Shown here one piece after another: positions 21,471 to 31,692 of a stretch of 64,000 bases of DNA. The stretch comes from Pseudogymnoascus verrucosus. Lineage: Eukaryota. The notes beneath the pieces are model-generated. The model did no database searches, was not told the origin of the DNA, and saw only the letters and a program-made list of their open reading frames with translations. Position numbers and translations under genes: made by a program. The stretch lies in the NCBI GenBank assembly GCA_001662655.1, contig KV460216.1. One strand, written 5' to 3'. Position 1 is the stretch's first letter, and each line of letters begins with the position of its first letter.

Positions 21471-23472
21471 ATGGCTCGCCACGTTGGGAGAAGTAAGGGC
21501 TGCAAAATATGCATCCAACGAAAGGTTAAGGTGCGTCCATCAGTTTCGGAGTATATGCTTCAACCCTCGTTAAGACTAGAAGCGGCAGTCTTCCCTTCAG
21601 TGACTGATGAGATACGGTTTAGTGCGATGAGACGCTCCCCGAATGCTCGCAATGCCGTCGGCATCAAAGAAAGTGTCCTGGCCCCACCATCGGGGCTGTC
21701 TTCATTGACATGGATTGGAAGAAGCGTCGGGCTGTGACTACAGAAGAGAGCGTTCCTGCTGCCTTGCAACTTTCCGCCTCCAGCAAACTTAAGTAAATTT
21801 CGCCGATCCTTTCCAGCTTGAACGCGCACTGCTGACTTCTTTGTGTAAGAAACTCAATCACTGCGCGTCCTAGAGAGAACAGGTCTACCCAAACTGCGAC
21901 ATATTATTCAAGGGAAGTGAATGCATACAAGGTTTGTAATTTGCATCCCAATCTATGCGCACACTCACAGTTAAAACCCAGCTGCCGTCCCAACCACCTA
22001 GCCTAGCAAGTGTGAACTTAGTCCAAATAGTCTCTACATATGTTCATAATGGCCCACACAGAACTATGGGATTTTCTGTGCCGAAAGGCTCGTCTGTCAA
22101 CTGGGTTCGCTATCTTCCCGATCTTTCCAACCGAGAGCCCATTCTCGATTCGGCGCTTGCAGCTGTGTGTCTTGCGCACATTGGGAAAACTCAAAAGGAC
22201 GAGCATGTCCTCCGCATGGCTCGACTCTCTTATGGATTTGCGTTAAAGCATTTCCAGGCAGCTCTGATACTGGGACGGCGAGATGCCAATATCTTGTCTG
22301 CCATAAATTGCCTATCCGTGTATGAGGTGAGCAAATCTCCGCAATCCCACGTTTCTCAAATCCTCTCTCTCAGGTTGTCTGTTTTTACAGTTTGAATACT
22401 AGCTAATATTCCTAGCTTTACGACTCTACACTCAGCAACGCCATTGGCTATATCAAGCATATACAGGGCGGACAACTTGTCGCGCTAGATCTGAATCTTA
22501 GTGATCAATCTCCATTGTCTGATACCAACAGTTTTCACATTTTTAGGACCATGATGGTATTGTTCCAAATGCCTTCTCTACACTTCCATCCTAATTTCAA
22601 TATAGCTCTATAACTCATTTGCTTCCCGGAAAGCATGCAGCCTAGCTCACTATCGCCGCCCCTCCTCACAAAAGTTCGGCAAAGGATTTTCTGAATTGGA
22701 AGATCTTGAAGATACCACAGTCCACATACCAGGCCTGGCCGAGCAGTCTGATATTCTGTTACATTCGCCATATACTATTGAATCAATGCACTTGTTTTCA
22801 AATATCTTCAGCCGATGGAGAAACTTGACCTACCAGCTTAACAACTGGTACTTTCGACTCTACCAAAGGCACGAAGCTCCGTTCGACTATGACAAGGTAG
22901 AGCCAGGGCCCCAGGACCCATACCCTGGAATTAATTTTGGGTCACGATTCACGTTTACATCGTATTGGATCGCCGAATCATTGATGCACTACTGGGCTAG
23001 TCGAGTGCTATTATATGATGTCCTAGCGCAGGCTATAACGTGGTCAATCCAGCAAGGTTTAATGCATGCACCAAATAGCCTCACACTAGGGCCACTGCCG
23101 ATGCTTACATCTCCAAGTGAGCAAATATATCAAGACGCATCGATAGAACTTGCATTCCCACATGATATCTCTCTCTGTGCTGCCTTGGTACAACAATGCC
23201 AGGATAAAGCGGCACGTACCGCGTTAAAAGGTGTGCAGTATATTTCAGTTGAGAAATTAGGGATACTGGCCTCTTTGCGAACTTTTATCCCGTTATATAT
23301 TGCAATTCAACATTTTGAGAAAAGGAAGTTGATGGAGGAGTTGAATCTGTGCTGGGCTATGGCGAGGAAGTTAAACAAAAGCGAATTGGCCATATGGAAG
23401 TTGCTCGATCTAAATTCGAACGGGTGGAGGGGTATAATTGAGAGTGGTAGTGGCTATATGAATTGCAGTTGA
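21471..23472 (+). CDS. Zn2Cys6 transcription factor, multi-exon
   Basis: SKGCKICIQRKVK | intron 21531-21622 | CDETLPECSQCRRHQRKC. Later exons (21970-22327, ~22696-23472) look like a fungal TF C-terminal domain. The internal splice sites are approximate. Confidence 0.88.
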
Positions 23473-24759
23473 GATTCGCTTTGTCTCCGAACCGCAGCTG
23501 GAGCCAGTATGTACTATGTCTCAATTAGGTCTTGTCCCTCGTTCCACACCTCGTATATCGGGGTTGTTCGCTCTTGCTGCGCCGTCGACGAATCCTTCGT
23601 CAAAGCCAGCGACGTCGGCCGGCTTCCCATATCTTGGTAGTTTGAAGCAGTTGTTCTCGAGCGTGCGGGGAGCGGCACCTGTTGAGCCGAACTATGTCGC
23701 CGGTTTCCTTGCTTATTGCGCAAACGAGCCTGCGCTCAACCTGTTAGTATCCTTAACGTGGCGCAGCTGATACCGTCTTAGCGCAACCTGTAGACGATCA
23801 TGCGACCGATCTTCCAACTGGCGCAGTTTTATCTGCAGGAGACATTGCGCTATACGTATCTGTTGCAGTGCTTCCGGCTGACAGTGTTCCCGCAGATCTT
23901 GGGGTCGTTCGCGTGGGTATTCGAGCTGGTGCTGGACGAGATGCTCCATCGATTCTAGCAGTGGTTGCCATGGCGGCCCTTCGGCAGAAGTCTAGAGTTC
24001 TGGCTATGTCTTGGTCTTGTTAACTATGTTTGGATTCAGTTGTACATGACTAGTCACGCGAATTTTATTGCCGTGAAAAAAGTGTTAGCTACAAGATAGC
24101 TTCAAGAGCTAAATCTTGCAATTGTACAACATTAGGTAAAAGAGCAAAGGAATAGGGCAACTTCTGCTGTTCCTGTTAGCGACGACTTTTAACCATTAGC
24201 AACTATGAACTTATCATTCCGCTGTTAGCAGTCTCTTCTTCACATTTAAACTAGGTAGATTTCAACATGTGCAAGAGAACAGTCTTAAATTTAATGAACA
24301 GATCTGTCCTATTTTAGGCGAGGATAAGCTGATGCAATAACGAGCGATCGACAGTGACTTAACCGTGTACTAACTAACTATAGGAGCCGACAAATGTAGT
24401 CGGCTCCAATTACGGATCTGTCTTCGACGCAAAATTTATATAACTATATCCGACCTTAGATCTACAATTGTCTCAGTTGTCTTCTTTTAGGAAATGTTTA
24501 TCTCATCATAGTTACGGCCGTAGATAGATCAAGTAAGTTTAACGTTACGGCCGTTCTTTTGACTATCCGTATGACCCGTATCATGAGCCATTATAAATAG
24601 ACCCTTTAGCCACCATCACAGAAATCCAAAAGACATTCAGCTCCAAATCTCAAATACACTACACTTAAATCAGCTCTACGACAAATAGTGAGGATATTGG
24701 TATGTTAGACTACGCTGTCTGTCACTGTTTTCATGCTAAACTGCGCAAATACAGAAACG

Positions 24760-25392
24760 ATGAAATACTCATTAACTACACTCGGCGCTTATGGCTTTTG
24801 TCTACTCATTTCAACAGTTTTTGGTAGCCCATTAACTTCAACATCTGCGCATTCTGTTAATCTCAATACCCTTCTTGCTGCCCCTCTGCCACCAAACGAT
24901 ATCGATATCACAAAAGCCCACCCTCTAAACAATTACAACATGATCGGGAATGAGTCATGGGTCATCACAGAGCACCCTTCACTAGGCCTACACTGGATAT
25001 ACCACAATGAGACGCAGAGTCCTCTCGAGACACGCAATGATCCAACTAGGTTTGGCTTTAGTTATGAGGCGTCAACTCAAATGGACGGCCAAGCACCATC
25101 TAGTTCATCCTGCAACAATTACATCACCTCATTCAGCAACTCGGGCAACTGCTTGAACGTTGGGAGTCAGATCGCGGGCGGTTCCACTAACCCAAATGGA
25201 ATGGGAGCAATTTCTGTTTTCACAGAGTCTGACGACGATCATTACCGAATTAATGTCTATGGTCCGCCATGGTCAGCTCCTGAGACGGGGCAAAGTTTAT
25301 GCCAGCAGTTTATATACGCCCTGAGAGATATTTCGTGCTTTATGGTGCAAGGGGCCACCGTTTACGCAATTCTCCCTTACTATACGTCTTAG
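24760..25392 (+). CDS. Small secreted pre-pro protein, 210 aa, 4 Cys in the C-terminal domain; candidate effector or toxin
   Basis: Signal peptide MKYSLTTLGAYGFCLLISTVFG-SP and a possible processing site LETR. The upstream ATG 24733 falls in a probable 5'-UTR intron (GTATGT 24700..CAG 24754). TATAAA at ~24592. Confidence 0.8.
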   Translation: MKYSLTTLGAYGFCLLISTVFGSPLTSTSAHSVNLNTLLAAPLPPNDIDITKAHPLNNYNMIGNESWVITEHPSLGLHWIYHNETQSPLETRNDPTRFGFSYEASTQMDGQAPSSSSCNNYITSFSNSGNCLNVGSQIAGGSTNPNGMGAISVFTESDDDHYRINVYGPPWSAPETGQSLCQQFIYALRDISCFMVQGATVYAILPYYTS

Positions 25393-25649
25393 GAAGGTGG
25401 ACCGTACGGGCAGTTTAAGTTACGGTTCACATGCGGTGATGCCTAATATCTGGTTTAATGCCTGCTACTATAGGCATCCCTCATGTATTTAGATTCCCTC
25501 CCGCGTACTCTACTTCTTACCTTCCTTATGTTTAGTTGCTTCGTTGAATGTTACTACGTTAGTTGATGTCTGTCTCAACCTAGAGTGGTTGGTAGGTTGG
25601 TTAATGTGATTTACCTCAACCCCTTACACAAAGGAGTTAAGACCTTAGG

Positions 25650-26235
25650 CTGAGATATAAGCGTGATAATCATGCTCTAACTATGTAATGTAATAGTAAA
25701 TTATTAGCAGTTTTGGGTTTCCGAGCTAAAGAACCCTTGCCGTGTCCTAAGTTTAGATTCTTAGCTTAATTAACAATGGTTTGCCATAGAAAGAGATGCA
25801 TCTAGCTATTATCCGTACTTTTCTAGAGGAGCATTAGATCCCTCCTAGTTACTAGTGCGCTATTGCAACAAGGTAAAGAACAGAGTCTTTAAATCTAACG
25901 AATAGAATTATTTAGTTAATTATATAGTTTTACTTCTATGAATTCCCTTATTCTTTATAAATATCTAGACATAATATGTTATAGCTTACCCTACCATTAG
26001 CGCTAGACAAGGGATTAGCTAAGAAGCTATATGTAAGAAACTATAGTTATTAGTTAAGAGGAGGATATAAGAATGTAATTATATAAACCTAATCCTAAGG
26101 GGATCTAGGATTGTCTAAAGAGCTTCTAGGTATTATCTAGGGATTGTCTAAGTAGTAGATAGGTGTTATAGCTATAACGCAACATAATTAGCTGGAAAGT
26201 TATATACACTAGAACACTAGGTTCTAAGAACTAGT
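25650..26235. other. RIP-mutated AT-rich relic
   Basis: Abrupt TpA-rich composition between two normal genes; boundaries approximate. Confidence 0.55.
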
Positions 26236-26843
26236 CAAGCCCAAGTGGGGTAAAGCCGTTCCTAGGTTGCCACATGTGTTTTGTCACGCCTCGCGTGCTG
26301 ACCCAACTGTGCTAGCACGCGAGGTGTTCTAGAGCGGGAGAAGTGCTACAACCTGCGTGCTGCCCCTAATAATCCCGTAGCACATTTGGGTCAAGCCCAG
26401 TCGTGTGCCAGCGATGGTGAACACTACGGGTTTGATCACGTGTTGATCATGGCAAAATTGAATAGCTATGCCACAATGGTGCTATCCTCCGTACATCGCA
26501 AAGAAACCCATGGAGTGCGACCGCTGTAATGCAAGTTGCGTAGAAACACCAGGAAATGGGAAGCAGTTTGTGAGGAAAGGCTTACCATCGGGAGGCAAGA
26601 AGTGGATTGCCTTGTTACGCTCTCAAGCAATGGTCAATACTAGGCATATATATTAAGCTCCCTTTTGTGAGGGTTCTCTCACACTTGCTGTGACTACAAT
26701 AATAAACGTCATGGGCAGTCACACAATAGATCTGTTCCGATCCACCAACAATTTATTAATAGATATGCAAGCTACGCCTCGAATAGATTTCCGCGCTCCA
26801 GGTTTCATCCACCAGAATAGGTCTCCCCAGCCACTAATGAATC

Positions 26844-27452
26844 TTAACGCCTGCCGCCGCTACCGCTGCCAGGGAAGCCTCCATCCTCGCAACTAGGCGA
26901 ATACGAAGGCGGCGCAATCTGATCCGGCTCGACAATATAGACCAGATTCGGCTTCCCCGTGATATACCCCCAGCCGCTATTCTGCGCCAGCGACGAGCAC
27001 GAGCTGAGCGTATCCTCGAGGGCCTTGCCGATCGTGGCGCGGTTCACGCTTTGCGTCTTAACGCCGCAGCCGTCCTCCTGCTGATTGCGGACGGTGAGCT
27101 TGCAGATGCGGTGGCTGGTGTGGAAGTCCTTGCTCTGCTTGGGCGCGAAAGAGATGGTCGTGTGCGAGCGCTCCATGCTGGCGTACAGCACCTCGCAGTC
27201 GTTCTCGTACGCCTCCTGCTTCTGGCGGATGGTGATGTGGTTGTCCCAGCATTCTTCGTGCTGGCGCTTCGACAGCGGCGAGCGCACGCTGGGGAGAAAT
27301 CGCGTCGGGTCGCTCGGCGGGCTGTCGACCATGATTATGTCGAGGTGCGGCTCGAGGGCTTCTGTTGTAGTTGGGGCGGTGGTTGTTGGCGTCGCGATGG
27401 CGAGGGTTGCGAGTGCGGCGGCGGTGCCGAGGAAGATGCTGAGGGCGACCAT
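26844..27452 (-). CDS. Small secreted Cys-rich protein, 202 aa, Ecp2/Hce2- or KP4-like spacing
   Basis: Signal peptide, Thr-rich pro region, Kex2 site SKR and 6 Cys (EEC..NDC..RIC..DGC..SSC..PSC). GC-rich third codon positions. The family is an inference from Cys spacing. Confidence 0.85.
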   Translation of the reverse strand: MVALSIFLGTAAALATLAIATPTTTAPTTTEALEPHLDIIMVDSPPSDPTRFLPSVRSPLSKRQHEECWDNHITIRQKQEAYENDCEVLYASMERSHTTISFAPKQSKDFHTSHRICKLTVRNQQEDGCGVKTQSVNRATIGKALEDTLSSCSSLAQNSGWGYITGKPNLVYIVEPDQIAPPSYSPSCEDGGFPGSGSGGRR

Positions 27453-27738
27453 TTTGGCAATGTAAGACTTTTGGCGGCTTGAGGCGTGTTGGAGGAGGAA
27501 TTCACCGACAGATCTGATTGCTGTTTGGAGATAATTCGAAGGGTATTAGGACGTCTTATATAGCATTCGACAAGCCAACATCTACCTAGAATCCGTCTCG
27601 TGTCCAAATTTCCAGCGATCCACAAGTGTCTCACAATACCATATATGTATATGTATATATATATCCAACGTTTCTTAGGTACACCTCCCTGGTTTGTTCT
27701 ACATATGGTCCAGAGCTTTGACGGGGGTTCAGTCCAAC

Positions 27739-27804
27739 ACGATGCCATATTCGGTTACCGCGTCGTAGACTACGATGCCATATTCGGTTACCGCGTCGTA
27801 GACT
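27739..27804. repeat. Perfect 33-bp tandem duplication
   Basis: ACGATGCCATATTCGGTTACCGCGTCGTAGACT x2. Confidence 0.95.
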
Positions 27805-28235
27805 GCGACAACAAGCTTCCGGGATGCAGTAGCGCCAAGAATATCCCGCAGCAGTCATAATTTCAAGATCGCCATCAGCTTCTTTTGCAGCTAAACTGTG
27901 CCCGTGTATGCTTGTGAGTGGCTTCGACTTGCCGATCGTTATTTGAAACGGTATGCGACGATTCGCTGTCGGATGTTTAGGGCTGTGAATGAAATTTCAG
28001 CTTGCTGTCGGTACAGTCAGGAAGTGACGTTTACGAGTTCATGCTCCGTTGCCTCTCTTGTCCTTAGAGTCAGCTACAATATCGTCCCGTTCAATAAGCA
28101 GCTTTACTACTGCCTCATGCCCTGAGGGCGGGCGACGTGGGCGGAATTAAGATGATCAGCCTGAGGATCGTGTCACTCACTACTTTATCTAAAAGTTGTG
28201 GGCCTGGTTCCTAATGGCCGCGCGGGACCACCCAT

Positions 28236-28500
28236 TTAGGGGTCATTGCAATAGAAATGATGCAGAAAGGCGTACCTCCCGATCCGGGACACGAACTCAT
28301 CCTTAGACACCTAGACCAGTGGTCACTAGAAGAAGCAAACTTTCTAGCTATGGCATCTTAGAGCAGTCTAGATATCCTTGACAATGTGAGCCACTCTAAA
28401 TCTATAACCAGCATACTCTAAAATGCTTGTCGCCAACTGTAATGATCCTACACATAGAGTCTACTTAATAGAACACGATTAAGGAAGGCAGGACAATTTC
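28236..28500 (+). pseudogene. Possible C-terminal fragment of a fungal kinase-like gene
   Basis: LGVIAIEMMQKG...DQWSLEEANFLAMAS*SSLDILDN followed by GTGAGC. This resembles kinase subdomains IX-XI, from recall only. Confidence 0.4.
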
Positions 28501-28613
28501 TTAAGGAAAAGAAACAGAGTAGCAGGCGGTCCTAGAGGACCTCTTATTAGAGTATGCATGAGCTAAAGGACTTAATTTCACGTTAATTTCAAACATAATA
28601 AACTTATGATTTA

Positions 28614-30635
28614 ATCGTCGGAACCGACCCTATTGCATAGGGTCGGGGTAAGCAAAGAGCGTTCGCGGAAGCAAACGGCGTTCGCCGCCAGCGCTCACCG
28701 CCACTTCGTATCGTATCCCCATCCATAACCTCAACATATCTATAGCTTATAATTTGTATACTACAACTATGTAATTGAAATGGAAGACCCTATTTTATCC
28801 GATGCTCGTGAATGGCTTGCGGCAAACCCATCTGAATCCGTTGCTGCCGCAAGCCGGATTTTCAAAGTATCAAAATCAACGCTTCAATCATCAATTACTC
28901 GACTTAATCGCACACGAGTTGGCCGCGGAGGACATAATAAGCTCCTTACAATTGCTCAAACAAAGGCCCTTAAAGAGTGGATAACTACGCAATACAATCA
29001 AGGGCTTAGAGCAACGAAGCAGATGACATTTGCTGCTGTTTGCCATATTCGACGGCTAAAACCACCGCCTTCATATAGTTGGCTTACGAAATTCATAAAG
29101 AATGAGCTTTCTGATTTTCATATTATAAAAACGAAGCCTATTGCTCTACAGCGGGTTCAAGCTCAAGACGAGAGCGTTCTTCAAAAGTGGTTTCATAATT
29201 ATAACGATTATATCACTACTCGGAATATAGGAGTAGATTCTATATGGAACATGGACGAGACTGGCTTTCAGATTGGAATTCCAGGAGGCGAACAAGTGAT
29301 AGTTCCACACGGAGTTACAGAGCTATATACAGGAAGTCCTGAGAATCGAGCTTCAATTACAGTAATCGAAGTTGTGTCTGCAAGTGGAAGAGTTACTCCG
29401 CCAATACTCATTATTCCAGGCAAAGTCCACATGGACTCATAGTACCATCCAAGTCTTGTTGGCACAGAACGGGTTCTATTATCAGAATCAGGATATACGA
29501 ACGACCAACTTGCTATGGAGTGGCTTGATCACTTCATTTTCCACACGCAAAGCACCCCTACTTCTGACGTTAAGCTACTATTATTAGACTCTCATAGTAG
29601 TCACCGAACGCCAGAGTTTACAATATATGCAGCAGAGCATAATATTATCACTTACGCCTTCCCTTCGCATCTTACCCATATTCTACAGCCATTAGATGTT
29701 GGTATTTTCCAGCCTTACAAGCACTGGCACCGCGAAGCAGTCCATTCTGCGATACGGAACCTTGATCTCTAGTATAATATACGCTCGTTTATGAGAGATC
29801 TCTCTACTATACGAGAGCAGACTTTTAAAGAGCTTACTATTATTCACGCATTTAAAAAGGCAGGAGTATGGCCTATTAATTATGATAATGCACTTGCGAA
29901 GCTACGGAAATACTCAAAACCAGCTCCTACTTTACCATCTATTATACCAGCCTCTTTTCAAGAGTCTGAAGAGCAACTACAGCATTGGAAAGTTACGCTT
30001 CCAGTCCTACTTAGTAGCCCCTCTCAACAGCAGTATAATAATTGGGTTGTTGGAACGGAAGTGGTATTAGCTCATGGCCAACTTCAAGAGCTTAACGTCT
30101 CAATTCTACAACGTCAGGTTGACGGCCATAAGAATAGGGGGCGTGGTAGCCGCAAACGCCTACAAATTGGAGGAGCTCTTACTGTAGAGGATGCGCGAGC
30201 TCAGCAGGCTGAAAAGGCAGAGCGAGAAGCAGAGAAAGAGGCTTCTAAAGAAGCCCGGATAGCCCGTCAGGCTACCAACCAGGCCCGTAAGCAACTCTAT
30301 AGGGCAGGAGTTGATGCCCGGAAGCAAGAACGCCTCCGGAAGAAGAGGGTAAAAGCCTGTCAAAAAGCTGGCAATTCAATTCCTATAGAGGACCAAGACC
30401 CAATTCCGGATCCAGAGGCAGAGAGCGAAGGTGAGAGTGGGAGTGGGAGTGGGAGCGAGCATGAATTTGAGTGGGATGGACATGAGAATTACGAGTAGTT
30501 ATTCAATTGAAGTATCTTTTCATATAAATTACTATGTAATGGTACCTACAAATTTTGGTGGTTGCGAACGCCGTTTGCTTCCGCGAACGCTCTTTGCTTA
30601 CCCCGGCCCTATGCAATAGGGTCGGTTCCGACGAT
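28614..30635 (+). mobile_element. Tc1/mariner pogo/Fot1-type DNA transposon, 2022 bp, 72-bp TIRs, TA TSD
   Basis: TIRs at 28614-28685 and 30564-30635 (one mismatch); TA at 28612-13 and 30636-37. Confidence 0.95.
28780..30498 (+). pseudogene. DDE_1 (pogo/Fot1) transposase with two in-frame TAG stops
   Basis: N-terminal HTH region and motifs WNMDETG, LLLLDSHSSH and HILQPLDVG in one frame; stops at 29440-42 and 29770-72. Confidence 0.93.
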
Positions 30636-30637
30636 TA

Positions 30638-31060
30638 GCACTTTATACTATTTATTAAAGTCTTCTTCTCCCTAGTACTTATAGCCACCATTCCGCCCTA
30701 CGCTACTTAATAAGTTCAGGAACTAATGTTCTCCTAATAGTACTGTACTTATTTACAGTGCTATGTCCGTTTATAGTACTATAGCTATTTATAGTATGTT
30801 ATATATAGTATATAGTTAATATACTATATCTTTAATAATAGATAACTATGGAGGAAACCCTACCCTAGCTAAGTTAAGTATATATTAAATAAGCACTAAT
30901 TCCTCTAGGTTAGTTAATTTCTATAAATTAGTAGGAATATTATGTTATATAAGTATACTATAGTTCTAGTAATAGAGCTTCTTATAGTTAACTTTATAGA
31001 GCTTACCTATAGCTCTTACGCTTAGCTTTAAGTTAGTTTTCATAGCCTAGGGGGCTAACA
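30638..31060. other. RIP-mutated AT-rich relic flanking the pogo element
   Basis: Extreme TpA content; no recognisable motif. Confidence 0.5.
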
Positions 31061-31369
31061 TAACGTCTCTTTCATCATTTTTTTAAGGCATCGTTTATAG
31101 TAGAGAAATGTAGTGTTTTATGTAGTTGTTGCATTAGCGCATCTAAGTGGGACTTTCGCTTGTCTAGGACTTTCGCTATACATGTACGTTATATTGTTCT
31201 ATTTACTATATTCTACTGTTAAAGCCTCTGCCCTGCTGCCCGTAGAGAGTTATTACGGAAGCCAGAGATTTTCACACGATTTTGTGTGTGGTTCTCCGTA
31301 TTCCTCAACTACTCCCAACACAAAGGTCTCTAGTACTAGCGTATGTGCTGTTATGCGTTGTAGATAGGC

Positions 31370-31635
31370 AGCGACGTAGAGTGGTAACGGTGTTAGGCGA
31401 CGGAAATAGGGACGGGTAATGGCAACGTGGATGGCGATGGGAATATACGACGGCGATGATAATAGGTAGTAGGGAATAGGTATCAGGGGTGGGAATGGAC
31501 GGTAGAGGTAGAGGATGGGCGATGGGATAGGAATGGGTAACGGGATGGGATAGAGATAGGATGGATATAGACGATGGGATGGGTAATAAGATGAGATAGA
31601 GACAGGCAATAGGAATGGGCAACGGGGACAGGCAT
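31370..31635. repeat. Purine-rich low-complexity tract (GGGAT/GGAAT/GGTAA-like units)
   Basis: Degenerate 5-6 bp units with strong purine skew, downstream of the 31693 stop. Confidence 0.7.
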
Positions 31636-31692
31636 ATCTCATTTGTATTCATGTCATCGTTACTATAACTACACTCCCTCTAAACAATACAA

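Noticed and set aside
23514..23971. GC-rich coding-like stretch with several short ORFs
   Set aside because: All frames are interrupted and no motif was recognised; needs blastx.
24121..25905. Weak direct repeat (AAGAGAACAGTCTTAAAT-like) flanking the secreted gene
   Set aside because: Too short and degenerate to call a mobile cassette by eye.
27739..27804. CRISPR-like repeat
   Set aside because: Two adjacent copies, no spacer, eukaryotic context.
31253..31652. Pro/Ile/Tyr-rich ORFs
   Set aside because: Products of a low-complexity purine tract.
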